Shown here piece after piece: positions 7,273-19,200 of a stretch of 57,018 nucleotides of DNA. The DNA comes from a virus. Its lineage: Duplodnaviria; Caudoviricetes. The notes below the pieces were generated by a model. It did not search any database and was not told where the DNA came from. It saw only the letters and a program-made list of their open reading frames with translations. Position numbers and translations under genes: made by a program. How positions within the stretch are numbered: the stretch's first letter is position 1; the number at the start of each line of letters is the position of its first letter. The stretch is from positions 1-57,018 of the IMG/VR virus record IMGVR_UViG_3300033996_001518, one strand, 5' to 3'.

Positions 7273-9540
7273 TTAGAAATCTAATTTAACCACAAACTGT
7301 TGAATACCTTGTCGTAATTCAGGTGATTGTAGTTTAGATATAACCATAAGGTCTTTTTGGGCATTGTAAAGACCAATCTCCGTTACATACGAAGTTGTTC
7401 CTGACATCCATGTTGGATTTGAGGTATTTGTAAATTGATTTCTACCAAGATTCACAAGATATTTCATCTCATAAATTGTTGCTGATATATCGGTTTCTAA
7501 ATTACCATAGAAATAATATTCATCACCAAAATTCAAATAATCTGTTTGGCCATTTTCAGGAAGGTCAATATAATCAGCTAAATTATAAATTGGTGCATTA
7601 TCATAAATTACTTCGTCAATTTGGAATGTAGTTCCCGTAATACCACTCATTGTAATATAACCATTAATTGAACTACCGCTAATTTCAGAAGTAACATCAA
7701 TTTCTTTCCAAGCAGTAGGTATTGGTTTTTCATTTTGATTTGTAACCTGAACCAATAATTTCATTGAGTTAGCGGAATAACCACTTAAATCGGCACTTGT
7801 ATATGTATTAAGAGGTTGATTTAAAAATTTAAACTCAGAACCAAATTGAACTGCAAGATTTTTAGGGTTTGTTATTACATCTGCGTTACCATCAATTCTT
7901 GAATAATAATTACAATGTAATGAATCTGTAAATCCTGTTGAATCAAATCTATATGTTACCCAAACACTTTGAAGTTCACTTGTAACTAAACATTGAGCAG
8001 ATGTTGGTGTTGGAGAACAACTATTTGGAGTTAATAATGATAATTTAGGTGCCGGTAATGTCCAGTTTCTATTTGACTTATACGACATTGCAGCAATAAC
8101 TTCTTCATCATCAATAACAACAATTTCTTGGTCAGGAAACACTTTACCAATTCTGTTTAAGTTCCCATTATCATCCGGATTAGTATCCCATAAATGGAAA
8201 TATCTAATACCAGGGTCATTCATATCAACATTTTTTGTTGACTTAACATAATATGGTGTACATACATCATAATCACCAGGTGGGTCAATCCAAAATGTTT
8301 GACCAACTGTATCACCTGAAGATTTGTGCCACATTAAGGTTGGAATTGTCAATCTAAAATGTCTCGCCAAACCTGTATTATCAGTAGGATTTTGAGGGTC
8401 ATATGGTGTTGTTGCAAATTTTTCACCATAAACATTATCAATATCTTGATTTGTATAATGAATAATTGCAATCGCTTTTTGGTCTTGAGGTGTGACCATA
8501 ACTTTCTCATCGTATGAATTATAATAGAATGTGTCAGTAATTTCAGCAGGTTTAGTTGAACTTACATAGAAAGTCTGCCCACTTGGTTCATTATACCCTA
8601 AGTATTCTTTAGTCCCAATGTAACTAGCAGAACCATATTTAGTAAAATCTTCATATTGATTACTATTTAGTCCAGCAGGGCTTTCAGTCCATGGAATATT
8701 CATATTCCAAATTGGAGTATTTTCTCTTTGAGAGACATCACACGGAGTTTCAAAGTTAAACGCATCTGTCTCCCAATAAGGTGCCGGTGTTATGGTATCA
8801 TAAATAACAGTCATCCCTGAAGGATAAATTAAAACACGACCCTTCTCAGCTCCTAAAACTTTACCTGTATAATCAGGTACTGACCTATCTAATGTTAATG
8901 TCCAAGTTGTAGTACCTGTTGTTCCTATTGTTGGGCTTAAATCTTGAATCTTATATGTTAAAACAGAATAAGTTCCAACATCAGTACAACTACCATTACC
9001 ATCATAAATAATTGTAACAAAATCTCCAATAGACGGAGTACCTGTAGTTGGTGAACAGATTACATTATCTAACGTAATATCAATAACTGATTGACCAACT
9101 AATGTTGTCATATCAACTTGATAGTTAGATGTGACAGTATAGGCAGAACTTGTTTGAACTTCCCAATTTCCGGGAGTTCCTCCTGTCATAAAAAACCCTT
9201 TCACACCTGCAGAATTATAAATTGGTTGTACAATACTATCCATATATGGAATACCATAAGTACCACCAGCATTCCCTTGAACATAATAAGGATATTTAAT
9301 ATTCTGTTTGTTTGTTTGAGGAGAAGCCGTATCATTTTGAGCATTAAATGCTGGCATCAAAATGTTATTATTTGTTTGGTTATACGCAGGTGAAGCGGTT
9401 TTTAGTGCGGTATAATTTACCTCACTATCACCAATTTGAAAGTAAGCAATATCAAAATTACCCTGTGATAGGTATCTTCTACCAACATCAGTTAATCTTG
9501 TGTTAATCAGTCCCGCAGTATTTTTAATTATGTATGACAT
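7273..9540 (-). CDS. baseplate/tail-fibre attachment structural protein (split tail-collar-fibre/DUF3751-like domain)
   Basis: N-terminal LTDVGRRYLSQG..IAYFQIGDSE and C-terminal VTEIGLYN..LMVISKL resemble the two halves of the P2 gpH-type N-terminal domain. Confidence 0.6.
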   Translation of the reverse strand: MSYIIKNTAGLINTRLTDVGRRYLSQGNFDIAYFQIGDSEVNYTALKTASPAYNQTNNNILMPAFNAQNDTASPQTNKQNIKYPYYVQGNAGGTYGIPYMDSIVQPIYNSAGVKGFFMTGGTPGNWEVQTSSAYTVTSNYQVDMTTLVGQSVIDITLDNVICSPTTGTPSIGDFVTIIYDGNGSCTDVGTYSVLTYKIQDLSPTIGTTGTTTWTLTLDRSVPDYTGKVLGAEKGRVLIYPSGMTVIYDTITPAPYWETDAFNFETPCDVSQRENTPIWNMNIPWTESPAGLNSNQYEDFTKYGSASYIGTKEYLGYNEPSGQTFYVSSTKPAEITDTFYYNSYDEKVMVTPQDQKAIAIIHYTNQDIDNVYGEKFATTPYDPQNPTDNTGLARHFRLTIPTLMWHKSSGDTVGQTFWIDPPGDYDVCTPYYVKSTKNVDMNDPGIRYFHLWDTNPDDNGNLNRIGKVFPDQEIVVIDDEEVIAAMSYKSNRNWTLPAPKLSLLTPNSCSPTPTSAQCLVTSELQSVWVTYRFDSTGFTDSLHCNYYSRIDGNADVITNPKNLAVQFGSEFKFLNQPLNTYTSADLSGYSANSMKLLVQVTNQNEKPIPTAWKEIDVTSEISGSSINGYITMSGITGTTFQIDEVIYDNAPIYNLADYIDLPENGQTDYLNFGDEYYFYGNLETDISATIYEMKYLVNLGRNQFTNTSNPTWMSGTTSYVTEIGLYNAQKDLMVISKLQSPELRQGIQQFVVKLDF

Positions 9541-9544
9541 TATC

Positions 9545-9552
9545 TATAAATA
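9545..9552 (-). promoter_or_regulatory. putative late promoter motif TATTTATA
   Basis: Sense-strand TATTTATA 4 bp upstream of the 9540 ATG; the motif recurs upstream of other structural genes. Confidence 0.55.
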
Positions 9553-9576
9553 GTTTTTATTTTTTTTTTATTAAAT

Positions 9577-12500
9577 TTAACAATCAATACAATTACAAAC
9601 CAATAATTGACCTGTCGGACTTAAAGTCGCAAAACGTAGAGCATTGTTGTTTCCATTATATCCTGTGAATACACCACCCACCGCAATATTACCGTCTGAT
9701 TTAACGTAGATATCAAACACCGCACTACTAAAACTATTATTAATAATAAATGTTGTGTCTAACGAACCGTCAGTATTTAATCGAGCTATGTATTTTTGCG
9801 ATAGTCCTTTGTATGTTGTAAAACCTCCTCCTACAAGAATTTTACCATCTGATTGAACAAAAATTGACTCAACAGAATTATCAAAACCTGAACCTATATT
9901 AAAACTAGAATCTAATGAACCGTCAGTGTTTAATCGAGTTATAAATCTTTGACTAACACCAAAATATGTCGTAAATAAACCACCTACGAGAATTTTACCA
10001 TCAGGTTGAATTGCAATTGATTTAACTTGTCCATTAAGACCTGTGGAAGATAAATTTGAACCCACATTAAATGTTGTGTCTTTAGAACCATCAGTATTTA
10101 ATCTAATTAAATATCTTTGAGTTAGACTCTTGTACGTCGTATAACCGCCACCAACTAAAATTTTACCATCAGATTGTATTTTAATAACATTAACAGCATC
10201 TCCAAATCCACTTCCAATTACAAATGATGGGTCTTTACTACCATTAGTAGAATTTAATCTAACAATTCTATTTTGTTGATTTGGATTTATAGAATTACTT
10301 TCAAAATCAGTAAAATCCCCACCAACAAGTATTTGTCCATCATTTTGAATTGCAATTGTATTAACAAAACCATTAAATTGTGTTATACCCGGACCAAAAT
10401 TAAACGAAGTATCACGAGCACCATCCGTATTTAATCGTACTAAATACTTCTGTGCAAAACCGTTATACGAAACAAAACTACCTCCAGCAATAATTTTACC
10501 ATTCGATTGAATTGCCACATCATTTACTAAACCACTGGTAAAACCTGGAGACGGAGTAAAAGCCGCGTCCAAAGAACCATTTGTATTTAATCGAGCTAAG
10601 TCAGCAACCGCTTGGTTTACATTATACGAGGTAAAAGCCCCACCTGCTAATATTTTTCCATCACTTTGTTGATTGATAACGAGAACCCCTCCATTAAATC
10701 CAGGGTCAACACAAGTTGGTGGTGTTGTACAAACAACAGAGATAGATTTAGATAATATGGTACCGGTAGAATCTTTAACCGCAACCCAATATAGATTATT
10801 CGAATTCACCTCATATGAAATAGTACTATTATTAACCCATGATGTATTTGCCAAGGCAGCTGCTTGACTCGTAAAAGTTGTTGAACCTACTTGATATGGT
10901 GTATTACCTCCAACTATATTAGTTATTGAAACATTAGCGGTAGTTGGATTACTATTACAAGTATAATTAACATCAAAGTTTAATGGTGTCACCATCACTA
11001 CAGGGACATATGTAAACTCATTTGTTTGAATTTGTGTTGAACTACCAACAACAGAACTGCAATTACTACCGTTAATCGTTGGTGTTAGTATTGCCGCAGA
11101 TATTTCTGTTTTAATATTTGTTGTACAATTTGTTTGAGAAGATACTTGCCCATTTGTAATTGTATTGACAGTATTTGACATTATACTAATAACATCTCCA
11201 TTAGTAATTGTTATTGAATTAGTATAATCTGTCGTATTAATTAACTGAGTATCATTAACTGAACAAAATGGTCGAGTACCTTGAGATACAATAGTCGTTG
11301 GCCCTACAACTGTATTAACAGGTTGTCCGTTTTTAGTAACCGACCAAGTAACCGATGAATTAGCAACACCAGGACTATTAATAGTTCTTAACGCTGTCGA
11401 TGTTAGATTAAACGTTATACTCACTCCAACCGGCAAAGGTGGATTAACCGATAAAATTACAACTCGATTTATCGTTTTAGAAACATTATCAATTGTACTT
11501 GTCGTAAAACCTCCAGCAGATAATGTTAATTGATATGTTACCGGCAGTGAATCATAATCAATTGATACACCTGATGAATAAACGTTATTAAACGAATCTA
11601 CAACGTTAACCAAATAATCATTTGCACATAAATTATTGTATACGTAATTTTCAGAATAAGTCAAACCACCATCAATACTATACAAATAAGGTGGATACCC
11701 ATCTTCCGCTAATATTGTTAAACTACCATTACAGTTTGTAAGGTCCTGACAAGAAGTATTTGTAATATCAACGCTAACCTGTAATGGTATAACAAATGGA
11801 CATTCTCCTCTTGTCATTGTTATTGAATAGTCGATATCACCACCAAATACTTGCCAAGCAGAATCAGGAATTAAATCAAATGTAGTACTAGCAACAATAC
11901 CACCACCTAAAGTATATGGTACTAGTGGTGTTATGTACTTTTGATAAATTTCCCATCGGTTATTAATTGGATTCCAAATAATATCAAGTCTTGCATCGCT
12001 GGTCCATCTAAATCTACCGTTTTGAGTACCATCACAAACAAATTGTATTGGACCTTCATTTTGAATTCCAAACGGAGCAATTCCAATAAAACATAAATCA
12101 ACACATTGAACAGGTTTTGTTTGAGTCGGTGTTGGTGTCATTGTTGGTGTTGATGTAGGTACTGGACCTGCTAATACACAAATTGTTGTGGCAGTATAGT
12201 CAGACACCCCATTAGGTCCACCGTCAGGCCAAGCATAATCTGTTACAACCACTTCATAACTTCCAGCAGGTATTCCAAATAAAGTTTGGTTATGACCTCC
12301 ATTACCGTTCCAAGTAAAAGTATATGGTGCAGTACCACCTGTTACATTTACGGATAAAATACCACCTTCCGGATTACTTTCCGTTGGTGATTGAATTACG
12401 TTACAACTAACACCCAAATCAAATAATGTAATAACATCACAATCGTTTTGTAATCTAGTTACCGGGCGATTTGATGGGGTAACGGATGGTGTAACTGACT

Positions 12501-14109
12501 GTGTAGGTGTTATAGTATTTGTTGGAGTTATTGTTGGAGTTGCAGTATTGGTTGGAGTTATTGTTGGAGTTGGAGTTGGCGTTGGAGACAAACATAAAGT
12601 TGTTACCGGTACATTTAATTTACCCACACCACTTCTTGGTAAGTTATAATTAAAACTTACTTGTAATCCATCACCGGTATTGTTAAAACCTGAAATAAAA
12701 TTACCACAACAATCAGTGTAATAATACTCACTATTTGTTTTAATTAATCCAAACCCACAACTAATTGGAGTAGTTGAAGGTGTTTGTGTTGGTGTCAAAG
12801 TATTAGTCGGTGTTTGTGTCTGTGTTTGGGTATTAGTCGGTGTTTGTGTCTGTGTTTGGGTATTTGTTGGTGTTTGGGTATTTGTTAGTGTTGGGGTATT
12901 TGTTGGTGTTGGAGTAGGCGTTGAGGTAGGTCCCATAATTGTGATATCCGCACATATTGGTGGTTGTGAGGCACCCCCGATAGTATTCGAAACGGTTTTA
13001 GTATATGTTAAATTATATGGAGGAGTTAATCCAAAATTATACAACTGACCACCACCATTACAAACATATAAGTCACCTGAATTCATAAACATACCATAAG
13101 GGGCAGGTATTGTTGGAGAAACGATGACATCAACTTCAACAACACCTGTACTATAATCGTGTTGGGTGATGTATGTAGTATCAGTATTATCAACATATGA
13201 ACAAATTAACTTATGTGGTGCAGAGTATGTATAAACCATATCACCAGAAATATCCCTTCCTGAAGGCATCGGGAATTGGGTTGTTACTGTCGCAGAAGGT
13301 CCTGAGATATCAATTTGAACAATATTAGTCAAATATGAACTTATTAATGTAGTATCATCTATCACTGCTAAACCAGGACCTAAGGGATGGGGTAAGGTAA
13401 TATTTCTATTAAATGTCGCGAAAAATGGACATAGGGTTATGTCATACTCCATTATCATAGAACTATCATATACCCATAATTTAGTGATGGTATGTGCAAT
13501 ATCAGAACCACCAATAGGTGCAATATCAAAATACGGATTTAAATTCGTAGAAATATTCGAAGTATAATCATATCCGTAAATTACATCAAAATCATTAAAC
13601 AAAATACTACAAGTATCTAAACACGGTATATCACAATTAACACCATCACTGCATGTGTCACCAATAGTAAATTTCATAAACTTTGGAGCACTTGTTGAAG
13701 GATTACTACCGCAAATATTGAATACAGATGGGTTCGGTGGTGATGTGGTAGATATTATAAGACCTGAACAATCAGTGTATTGATAAGGAGTAGACCCTCC
13801 AAAGTCCACAACTGTTATACATTGGCATAGAGGTGGTGTCGGTGTACAAATTCCATCTTGAGTATCAAAACTATTAGTTGCAACTAAACCTAAATCCGCT
13901 CTATAATAAATAAAGGTAATTTTGACCTGGTCATTAGCACAAAATGCGTTATTATATGTACCAGCAGCATTATAACTAATGGTTAATGAATTACCATAAC
14001 AATCAGTATATCCGACAAATACCCTACCATTTAAAAAAGTATCCATATTACCTGTTGCAGCAGCAATATCAATAGGACTTATCGTTATGTCATAATTTTT
14101 ACACGCCAT
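9577..14109 (-). CDS. modular virion fibre/adhesin-like protein (1510 aa): Cys-rich N-terminal module, beta-propeller, Thr/Pro linkers, SprB-like repeats, C-terminal delta-60 (DUF5122) propeller repeats
   Basis: Repeated Q.DGKIL.GG.FT.Y units (about 9600-10700), VTGGTAPYTFTW and GYPPYLYSIDGG SprB-like motifs, and TPT tracts. Confidence 0.75.
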   Translation of the reverse strand: MACKNYDITISPIDIAAATGNMDTFLNGRVFVGYTDCYGNSLTISYNAAGTYNNAFCANDQVKITFIYYRADLGLVATNSFDTQDGICTPTPPLCQCITVVDFGGSTPYQYTDCSGLIISTTSPPNPSVFNICGSNPSTSAPKFMKFTIGDTCSDGVNCDIPCLDTCSILFNDFDVIYGYDYTSNISTNLNPYFDIAPIGGSDIAHTITKLWVYDSSMIMEYDITLCPFFATFNRNITLPHPLGPGLAVIDDTTLISSYLTNIVQIDISGPSATVTTQFPMPSGRDISGDMVYTYSAPHKLICSYVDNTDTTYITQHDYSTGVVEVDVIVSPTIPAPYGMFMNSGDLYVCNGGGQLYNFGLTPPYNLTYTKTVSNTIGGASQPPICADITIMGPTSTPTPTPTNTPTLTNTQTPTNTQTQTQTPTNTQTQTQTPTNTLTPTQTPSTTPISCGFGLIKTNSEYYYTDCCGNFISGFNNTGDGLQVSFNYNLPRSGVGKLNVPVTTLCLSPTPTPTPTITPTNTATPTITPTNTITPTQSVTPSVTPSNRPVTRLQNDCDVITLFDLGVSCNVIQSPTESNPEGGILSVNVTGGTAPYTFTWNGNGGHNQTLFGIPAGSYEVVVTDYAWPDGGPNGVSDYTATTICVLAGPVPTSTPTMTPTPTQTKPVQCVDLCFIGIAPFGIQNEGPIQFVCDGTQNGRFRWTSDARLDIIWNPINNRWEIYQKYITPLVPYTLGGGIVASTTFDLIPDSAWQVFGGDIDYSITMTRGECPFVIPLQVSVDITNTSCQDLTNCNGSLTILAEDGYPPYLYSIDGGLTYSENYVYNNLCANDYLVNVVDSFNNVYSSGVSIDYDSLPVTYQLTLSAGGFTTSTIDNVSKTINRVVILSVNPPLPVGVSITFNLTSTALRTINSPGVANSSVTWSVTKNGQPVNTVVGPTTIVSQGTRPFCSVNDTQLINTTDYTNSITITNGDVISIMSNTVNTITNGQVSSQTNCTTNIKTEISAAILTPTINGSNCSSVVGSSTQIQTNEFTYVPVVMVTPLNFDVNYTCNSNPTTANVSITNIVGGNTPYQVGSTTFTSQAAALANTSWVNNSTISYEVNSNNLYWVAVKDSTGTILSKSISVVCTTPPTCVDPGFNGGVLVINQQSDGKILAGGAFTSYNVNQAVADLARLNTNGSLDAAFTPSPGFTSGLVNDVAIQSNGKIIAGGSFVSYNGFAQKYLVRLNTDGARDTSFNFGPGITQFNGFVNTIAIQNDGQILVGGDFTDFESNSINPNQQNRIVRLNSTNGSKDPSFVIGSGFGDAVNVIKIQSDGKILVGGGYTTYKSLTQRYLIRLNTDGSKDTTFNVGSNLSSTGLNGQVKSIAIQPDGKILVGGLFTTYFGVSQRFITRLNTDGSLDSSFNIGSGFDNSVESIFVQSDGKILVGGGFTTYKGLSQKYIARLNTDGSLDTTFIINNSFSSAVFDIYVKSDGNIAVGGVFTGYNGNNNALRFATLSPTGQLLVCNCIDC

Positions 14110-14149
14110 TATTCTTTATTCTATAATTATATTTTTATTTGTTTTTAGT

Positions 14150-16024
14150 TTACACAATCGTAACAGTATCTGAACCCCAATTCGCAACATATATTTTTCC
14201 ACTATTTGAATACAATAATTGAAATGGAGCTGATTGTGTTGACCCAAAAATAGTACTAACCCCTAATTGCGTTGTTTGATATATTTTTTGATTACTTGTA
14301 TTAGTTGTATAGATATTACCCTGAGGGTCCAATACTATTCCTTCCCCTTTATTTGTTGTAGTACCTAAATAACTAACAACTCCTAATGGTGTAATTTTTA
14401 CAACTCCCACATCATTACGATTAACATAAAGATTATTGGAAGAGTCTATTGCAATATCTGCAGCAGCCCCTATAAATGTTGCAAAAACAGAAGGAGTACC
14501 TCCGGTTGTAATTTTAACAACTAATGGATTTAGAGGGTTATCATTTACTGCAAATAAATTACCAAAACTATCCACAACCATAGTTCTTAAATCAACAACT
14601 CCCCCAACAACACCACTAACATTCGCAAATGTTGTTAAAACCCCTAAATTATCAATTTTAACAACATATTCATTATAACAAGTATAAAAATTTCCTATAC
14701 CATCCAATATTAACGCTCGAATATTAGTTTGGCTAGGAGGAAAAGTTCCAACAATAGTTGTTGTCCCGTTAGGTTCAACTTTATAAAGATTTCCTGACCC
14801 ACCGGTATCAGGAACATAAAGATTATCAGAAGAATCCATTGCCAAAACGCGTGAAGTTATACCCGCTTTAAATATCGATGAAACCCCTGATGGTGTTATT
14901 TTACTAATATTATCACTATTAATATTTCCAACATACACATTACCCAAAGAGTCCTCAGTTAACGAATATGGTGATTGTCCCACCCCAACAGTTATAGGTA
15001 ACGCTCTGGTTGGTGTTGGGGTTGGAGTATTAGTGGGTGTCCCTGTATTTGTTGGCGTGTTGGTTGGTGTATTAGTTGGTGTCCCTGTATTTGTTGGTGT
15101 TTGTGTTGGAGTTTCAGTATTTGTTGGCGTTTGTGTGTTAGTTGGAGTTTGTGTAGGTGTTTCTGTTTGTGTAGGTGTTTGTGTTGGTGTATTACTTGAA
15201 GTTGCGCTAGGAGTTAATCCTATAGTAACTGAAGGTGTTGGAGTATTAGTCGGAGTTTGAGTGTTAGTTGGTGTTTGTGTAGATGTTTGAGTATTAGTTG
15301 GTGTTTGAGTAGTTGTTGGCGTTTGAGTATTTGTAGGAGTTACAGTTGAAGTAATAGTTGGAGTTGGAGTAACTGAATTTTGACAAATTCCAAAACTAAG
15401 AATTTGCCCATTAACATCAACTTGAACCCAATAATAATATAAACCAAAACTCATTTTATAGAATTTACCACCACCAATTAGAGGATTGTATAAAACCCCA
15501 TTCGCAAATGTTTGATAAACTGTTGCGCCTATCACAGGAATTGTATTAGCCTCACTAAGATAAGTGTAGTAAGGTAATATTGTCATAGTATCATTACAAA
15601 CATTATCTGAAGTTGTAAATGTGTTTTGACCAACATAATGAATTGCAACTACCGGTGTTTGAGTTGGAGTTGACGTATTTGTTGGTGTCATTGTTGGTGT
15701 ACCTGTTTGCGTTGGTGTAGTGGTTGGTGTACCTGTTTGTGTTGGTGTTTGAGTTAAAGTTTGTGTTGGTGTTTGAGTAACTGTTGGCGTCACATTACTA
15801 GTTGGTGTTGGAGTAATAAGTACCGTATCACCAACATTACATCCCTGCGTATCAATAATTTTAACCACAAAATTCGTCTCATCATATGGTGATGGAACAT
15901 CAAATTCAAATGGAAATACCGATACTGTAGAAACAAATACGCAATTCGCACTAAACGAATCACAATAGTATATGTCGACCGGTGTATTAGCAGTTACTGA
16001 TGTTATTGTTACTAATTGACTCAT
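14150..16024 (-). CDS. virion protein with N-terminal beta-rich module, Thr/Pro linkers and C-terminal NHL-like beta-propeller (624 aa)
   Basis: Repeated D..GN.YV/IY...KIT..G blades at the C-terminus, and TPTNT tracts. Confidence 0.7.
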   Translation of the reverse strand: MSQLVTITSVTANTPVDIYYCDSFSANCVFVSTVSVFPFEFDVPSPYDETNFVVKIIDTQGCNVGDTVLITPTPTSNVTPTVTQTPTQTLTQTPTQTGTPTTTPTQTGTPTMTPTNTSTPTQTPVVAIHYVGQNTFTTSDNVCNDTMTILPYYTYLSEANTIPVIGATVYQTFANGVLYNPLIGGGKFYKMSFGLYYYWVQVDVNGQILSFGICQNSVTPTPTITSTVTPTNTQTPTTTQTPTNTQTSTQTPTNTQTPTNTPTPSVTIGLTPSATSSNTPTQTPTQTETPTQTPTNTQTPTNTETPTQTPTNTGTPTNTPTNTPTNTGTPTNTPTPTPTRALPITVGVGQSPYSLTEDSLGNVYVGNINSDNISKITPSGVSSIFKAGITSRVLAMDSSDNLYVPDTGGSGNLYKVEPNGTTTIVGTFPPSQTNIRALILDGIGNFYTCYNEYVVKIDNLGVLTTFANVSGVVGGVVDLRTMVVDSFGNLFAVNDNPLNPLVVKITTGGTPSVFATFIGAAADIAIDSSNNLYVNRNDVGVVKITPLGVVSYLGTTTNKGEGIVLDPQGNIYTTNTSNQKIYQTTQLGVSTIFGSTQSAPFQLLYSNSGKIYVANWGSDTVTIV

Positions 16025-16239
16025 ATTACGTTTTCTATTCCACTTATTGTACAGTTATTCGCATCAACCACCTTTAATAGATAGGACGATGATGTATCGT
16101 ATGGTGCTGGTATATCAAACACATACGGTGTTGTTGTTATTGTCGATACGTAGAAACATCCACTACCATTACTTTGACATATGTAAACGTCATAAGGTGA
16201 TTGTCCTGTTATACTACTAATTGTTACTTGTACTGCCAT
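16021..16239 (-). CDS. 72-aa stand-alone beta-rich module, paralogue of the N-terminus of 14150..16024
   Basis: V.I.S.TG.SPYDVYIC....GC.YV.T....P..FD.P.PYD....KVVD.N.C aligns by eye with the next gene's N-terminus. Confidence 0.7.
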   Translation of the reverse strand: MAVQVTISSITGQSPYDVYICQSNGSGCFYVSTITTTPYVFDIPAPYDTSSSYLLKVVDANNCTISGIENVI

Positions 16240-16253
16240 TTTTTATTTAGTTA

Positions 16254-19200
16254 TTATAAAGGGGGAGGACAAGTTAGGTTAGTAATTCTCCACCCAGTAC
16301 CTCCATTAACACCGATGGCAACTATTCTAATTGTCCCAGGTTCAGCCAATGTCTTATTAAACGTTAATTTAACATCCCCATCAGAGCTTTTAGCGCTAGG
16401 AGATGGAATATTAGCAACAACACCTATTTGGTTTCCAACACTTCCACTTGCTCTTGTTGAGGTATTTGGTGCAATATCCGCATTTGTATATGATACTGAA
16501 ATAGTACCATTAGTACTCCAAGCAAAATTTGGGATACCATTAAATACTGCATTTCCTCCGGTACCAACATATATGTATTTAGTTAATGTACTAGCATTAA
16601 GTATCTCATTAACATAAGTTGTTCTTGTAGGACTATTTGTGTTAAGGTCATCTCCCACAAATAATGAATCCGCAACTAATGTATTGTTCCAATATATTTG
16701 AAATCTATCAGGAACAGACAGAGCGTTAAATGTTATTGTTACATTTCCTGTATTAGAACCAATATTATTTATTATTTCATAATACCCCGCCTCCCCGGTA
16801 GTAGTTAATGACCCATTACAAGGTATTGCCGGTGGAGTTGAACAAGCTGCACAATTACTAAATGTTGTTGTGATATTACTAAATTTATCCCCTTGGAATG
16901 TACTCCAAATTACATTCGATGGATATGCATAGTTAGTCTCATATCTTCCAAGATATTCCCAACAAACATTAGATGAATCTTTAATTACTTGACCAACTAC
17001 TAATAAACCATGAGGTAATGATTGACCAACCATTGATTTTACCGTTTGAGGAGAAACAGGTTGACAAGATTGGAATACATAATAATAATTTGGTGTTGGT
17101 GTTGGCGTTTTTGTTAATGTTGGTGTTGGTGTTTGTGTTCGGGTATTTGTAGGTGTTTGAGTTAGAGTTCCAGCCGGTGTTGATGCTGGGGTTCCACCCG
17201 GTGTTCTTGTTGGGGTTTGTGTTAATGTCTGAGTCGGAGTATTTGTTGGAGTCCTTGTTAATGTTTGTGTCGGAGTTTGTGTTTGTGTTGTAGTTAAAGT
17301 TGGTGTAACCGTTGGTGTCGGAGTTTGTGTCGTTAATACCGAACAAGAACCACAGTTACCATAAACATTGTAAATAGCCGCGATAGTTGAGTCAGATGAG
17401 AAATTAAAGTCATCTCTGACATATGTAACACATTCTTGAACATTATTCCCATTAGGATAACTCATTAACGCCAAGAATGTAGTACCGGTAGTTATTGGAA
17501 TACCTAAATAAGTTAAACTATCATTAGTATAAATTTCCGTATTCGTTCCACATAATTTCAATACCTTAACCGATACACAACTAAACACTTCATTTAACAT
17601 ATTAAATGTCACTTGACCTCCAACAGGAATATCAGGAGTTGGCATTTGTGTTGGTGTAGAAGTAACGGTTGGTCCAACAGGTGTATAACCACTTAAACTA
17701 AATAAAATTGCAGTATTCTCACATAAATCAACCGGTGTTGGTGGTGTAGGAGTCACAGTATTATTTGTGAAATCAAAATCTACATCCCCACAAGGTATAA
17801 TCGGTATTGGCGTTGGTGTTGGTTCCCAATCACAATCAAAATAGGCGTTAAAATCAAAGGTGGTACAATCAACAGGTAATGGTGTTGGTGAAGGACACAC
17901 ACCAATAGTAAAATCGTTTGCCGAAATATCCGGACATACTGATTTACAAGGTGTTGCCCCTTGTAGTACACAACTACCACCTAAACTATTACTTAAACAC
18001 CAATATGAACCAGTGTAATAAATAAATGAAGTTGTGGTAGAATTACCTGAATAATATTGTAAAGTATTATAATTACCGGCAACCGTATAATTACCCGTGT
18101 ATCCTGTTAATGAAGACAATGTTGTACTGAAACAATATACACTATTAGTACAAGGTAATGGAGTTGTTGAAGGTGTTGGAGTAAAAGTAGGTGTTGGGAG
18201 TGGTGTTGCAGTCGGTGTTTGGCTTGGAATACAATAAAGACAATCCGAAAAATCAGGTTCCCCTAAATCAGGTCCACCCTCTCCCGAAAATTCAATAAAT
18301 GAATAACAAGCCCCTTCATAATAGTAAGTTGCACCAACAAACGCTGTGTCTTGTTGGACATTAGCATATAAAATATTACCATTACCACAATTAGTAAGGA
18401 TTGCGGGAATACTACCAACATTAGGACATAAAATATCCCCACATCCCGAAGAAACTTGGGTCATTACACTACCATTACCATTGTATATTGGACCTGAACC
18501 ATCATAAGTAATAACGGTTGCACATCCATTAAAAGATTCATCACTAATTAAATAAGTTTCCCCTACAATTAAAGTTGATGGTAAATTAATAAATCTAAAA
18601 GTGTTTAATGAATTTGTACAACTTTGAAATTGAACAATATATCCACCAGTTACACTTGGTGTCGGTGTTTGAGTTGTTGTTGGTGTTGAGGTATTTGTTG
18701 GAGTTTGAGTATTTGTTGGCGTTTGCGTTGGAGTTTCGGTATTTGTTGGCGTTTGTGTTTGAGTTGGAGTAGAAGTTTGAGTGTTTGTTGGTGTTTGAGT
18801 TGGAGTTTCTGTATTTGTAGGCGTTTGTGTTTGAGTATTAGTTGGTGTTTGTGTTTGAGTAGTAGTTGGTGTCGGCGTTGGCGTTGGACAAATAGAATAT
18901 GAACTTATTACACCACTACCACCATTAACTGTATAACAACCTAAATTACTTGGCCCCGCAGTTGAAACTAATGAATAATAACCGTCTACAACAGTTGTAA
19001 CACAACTATCCGAATATAAGACCACTCCCGGTACAATTGGCTCGAAATTTGAATATAAATCAACTTGTAAAGTTGTTGAACAGGCCGTACCACAATCAAT
19101 AGCACTGTATAGAGCTTTACCAATATAATAACAACCAGGTGTTTGAGTTGGAGTAGAAGTTTGAGTATTTGTTGGCGTTTGTGTTGGAGTTCCTGTGTTT

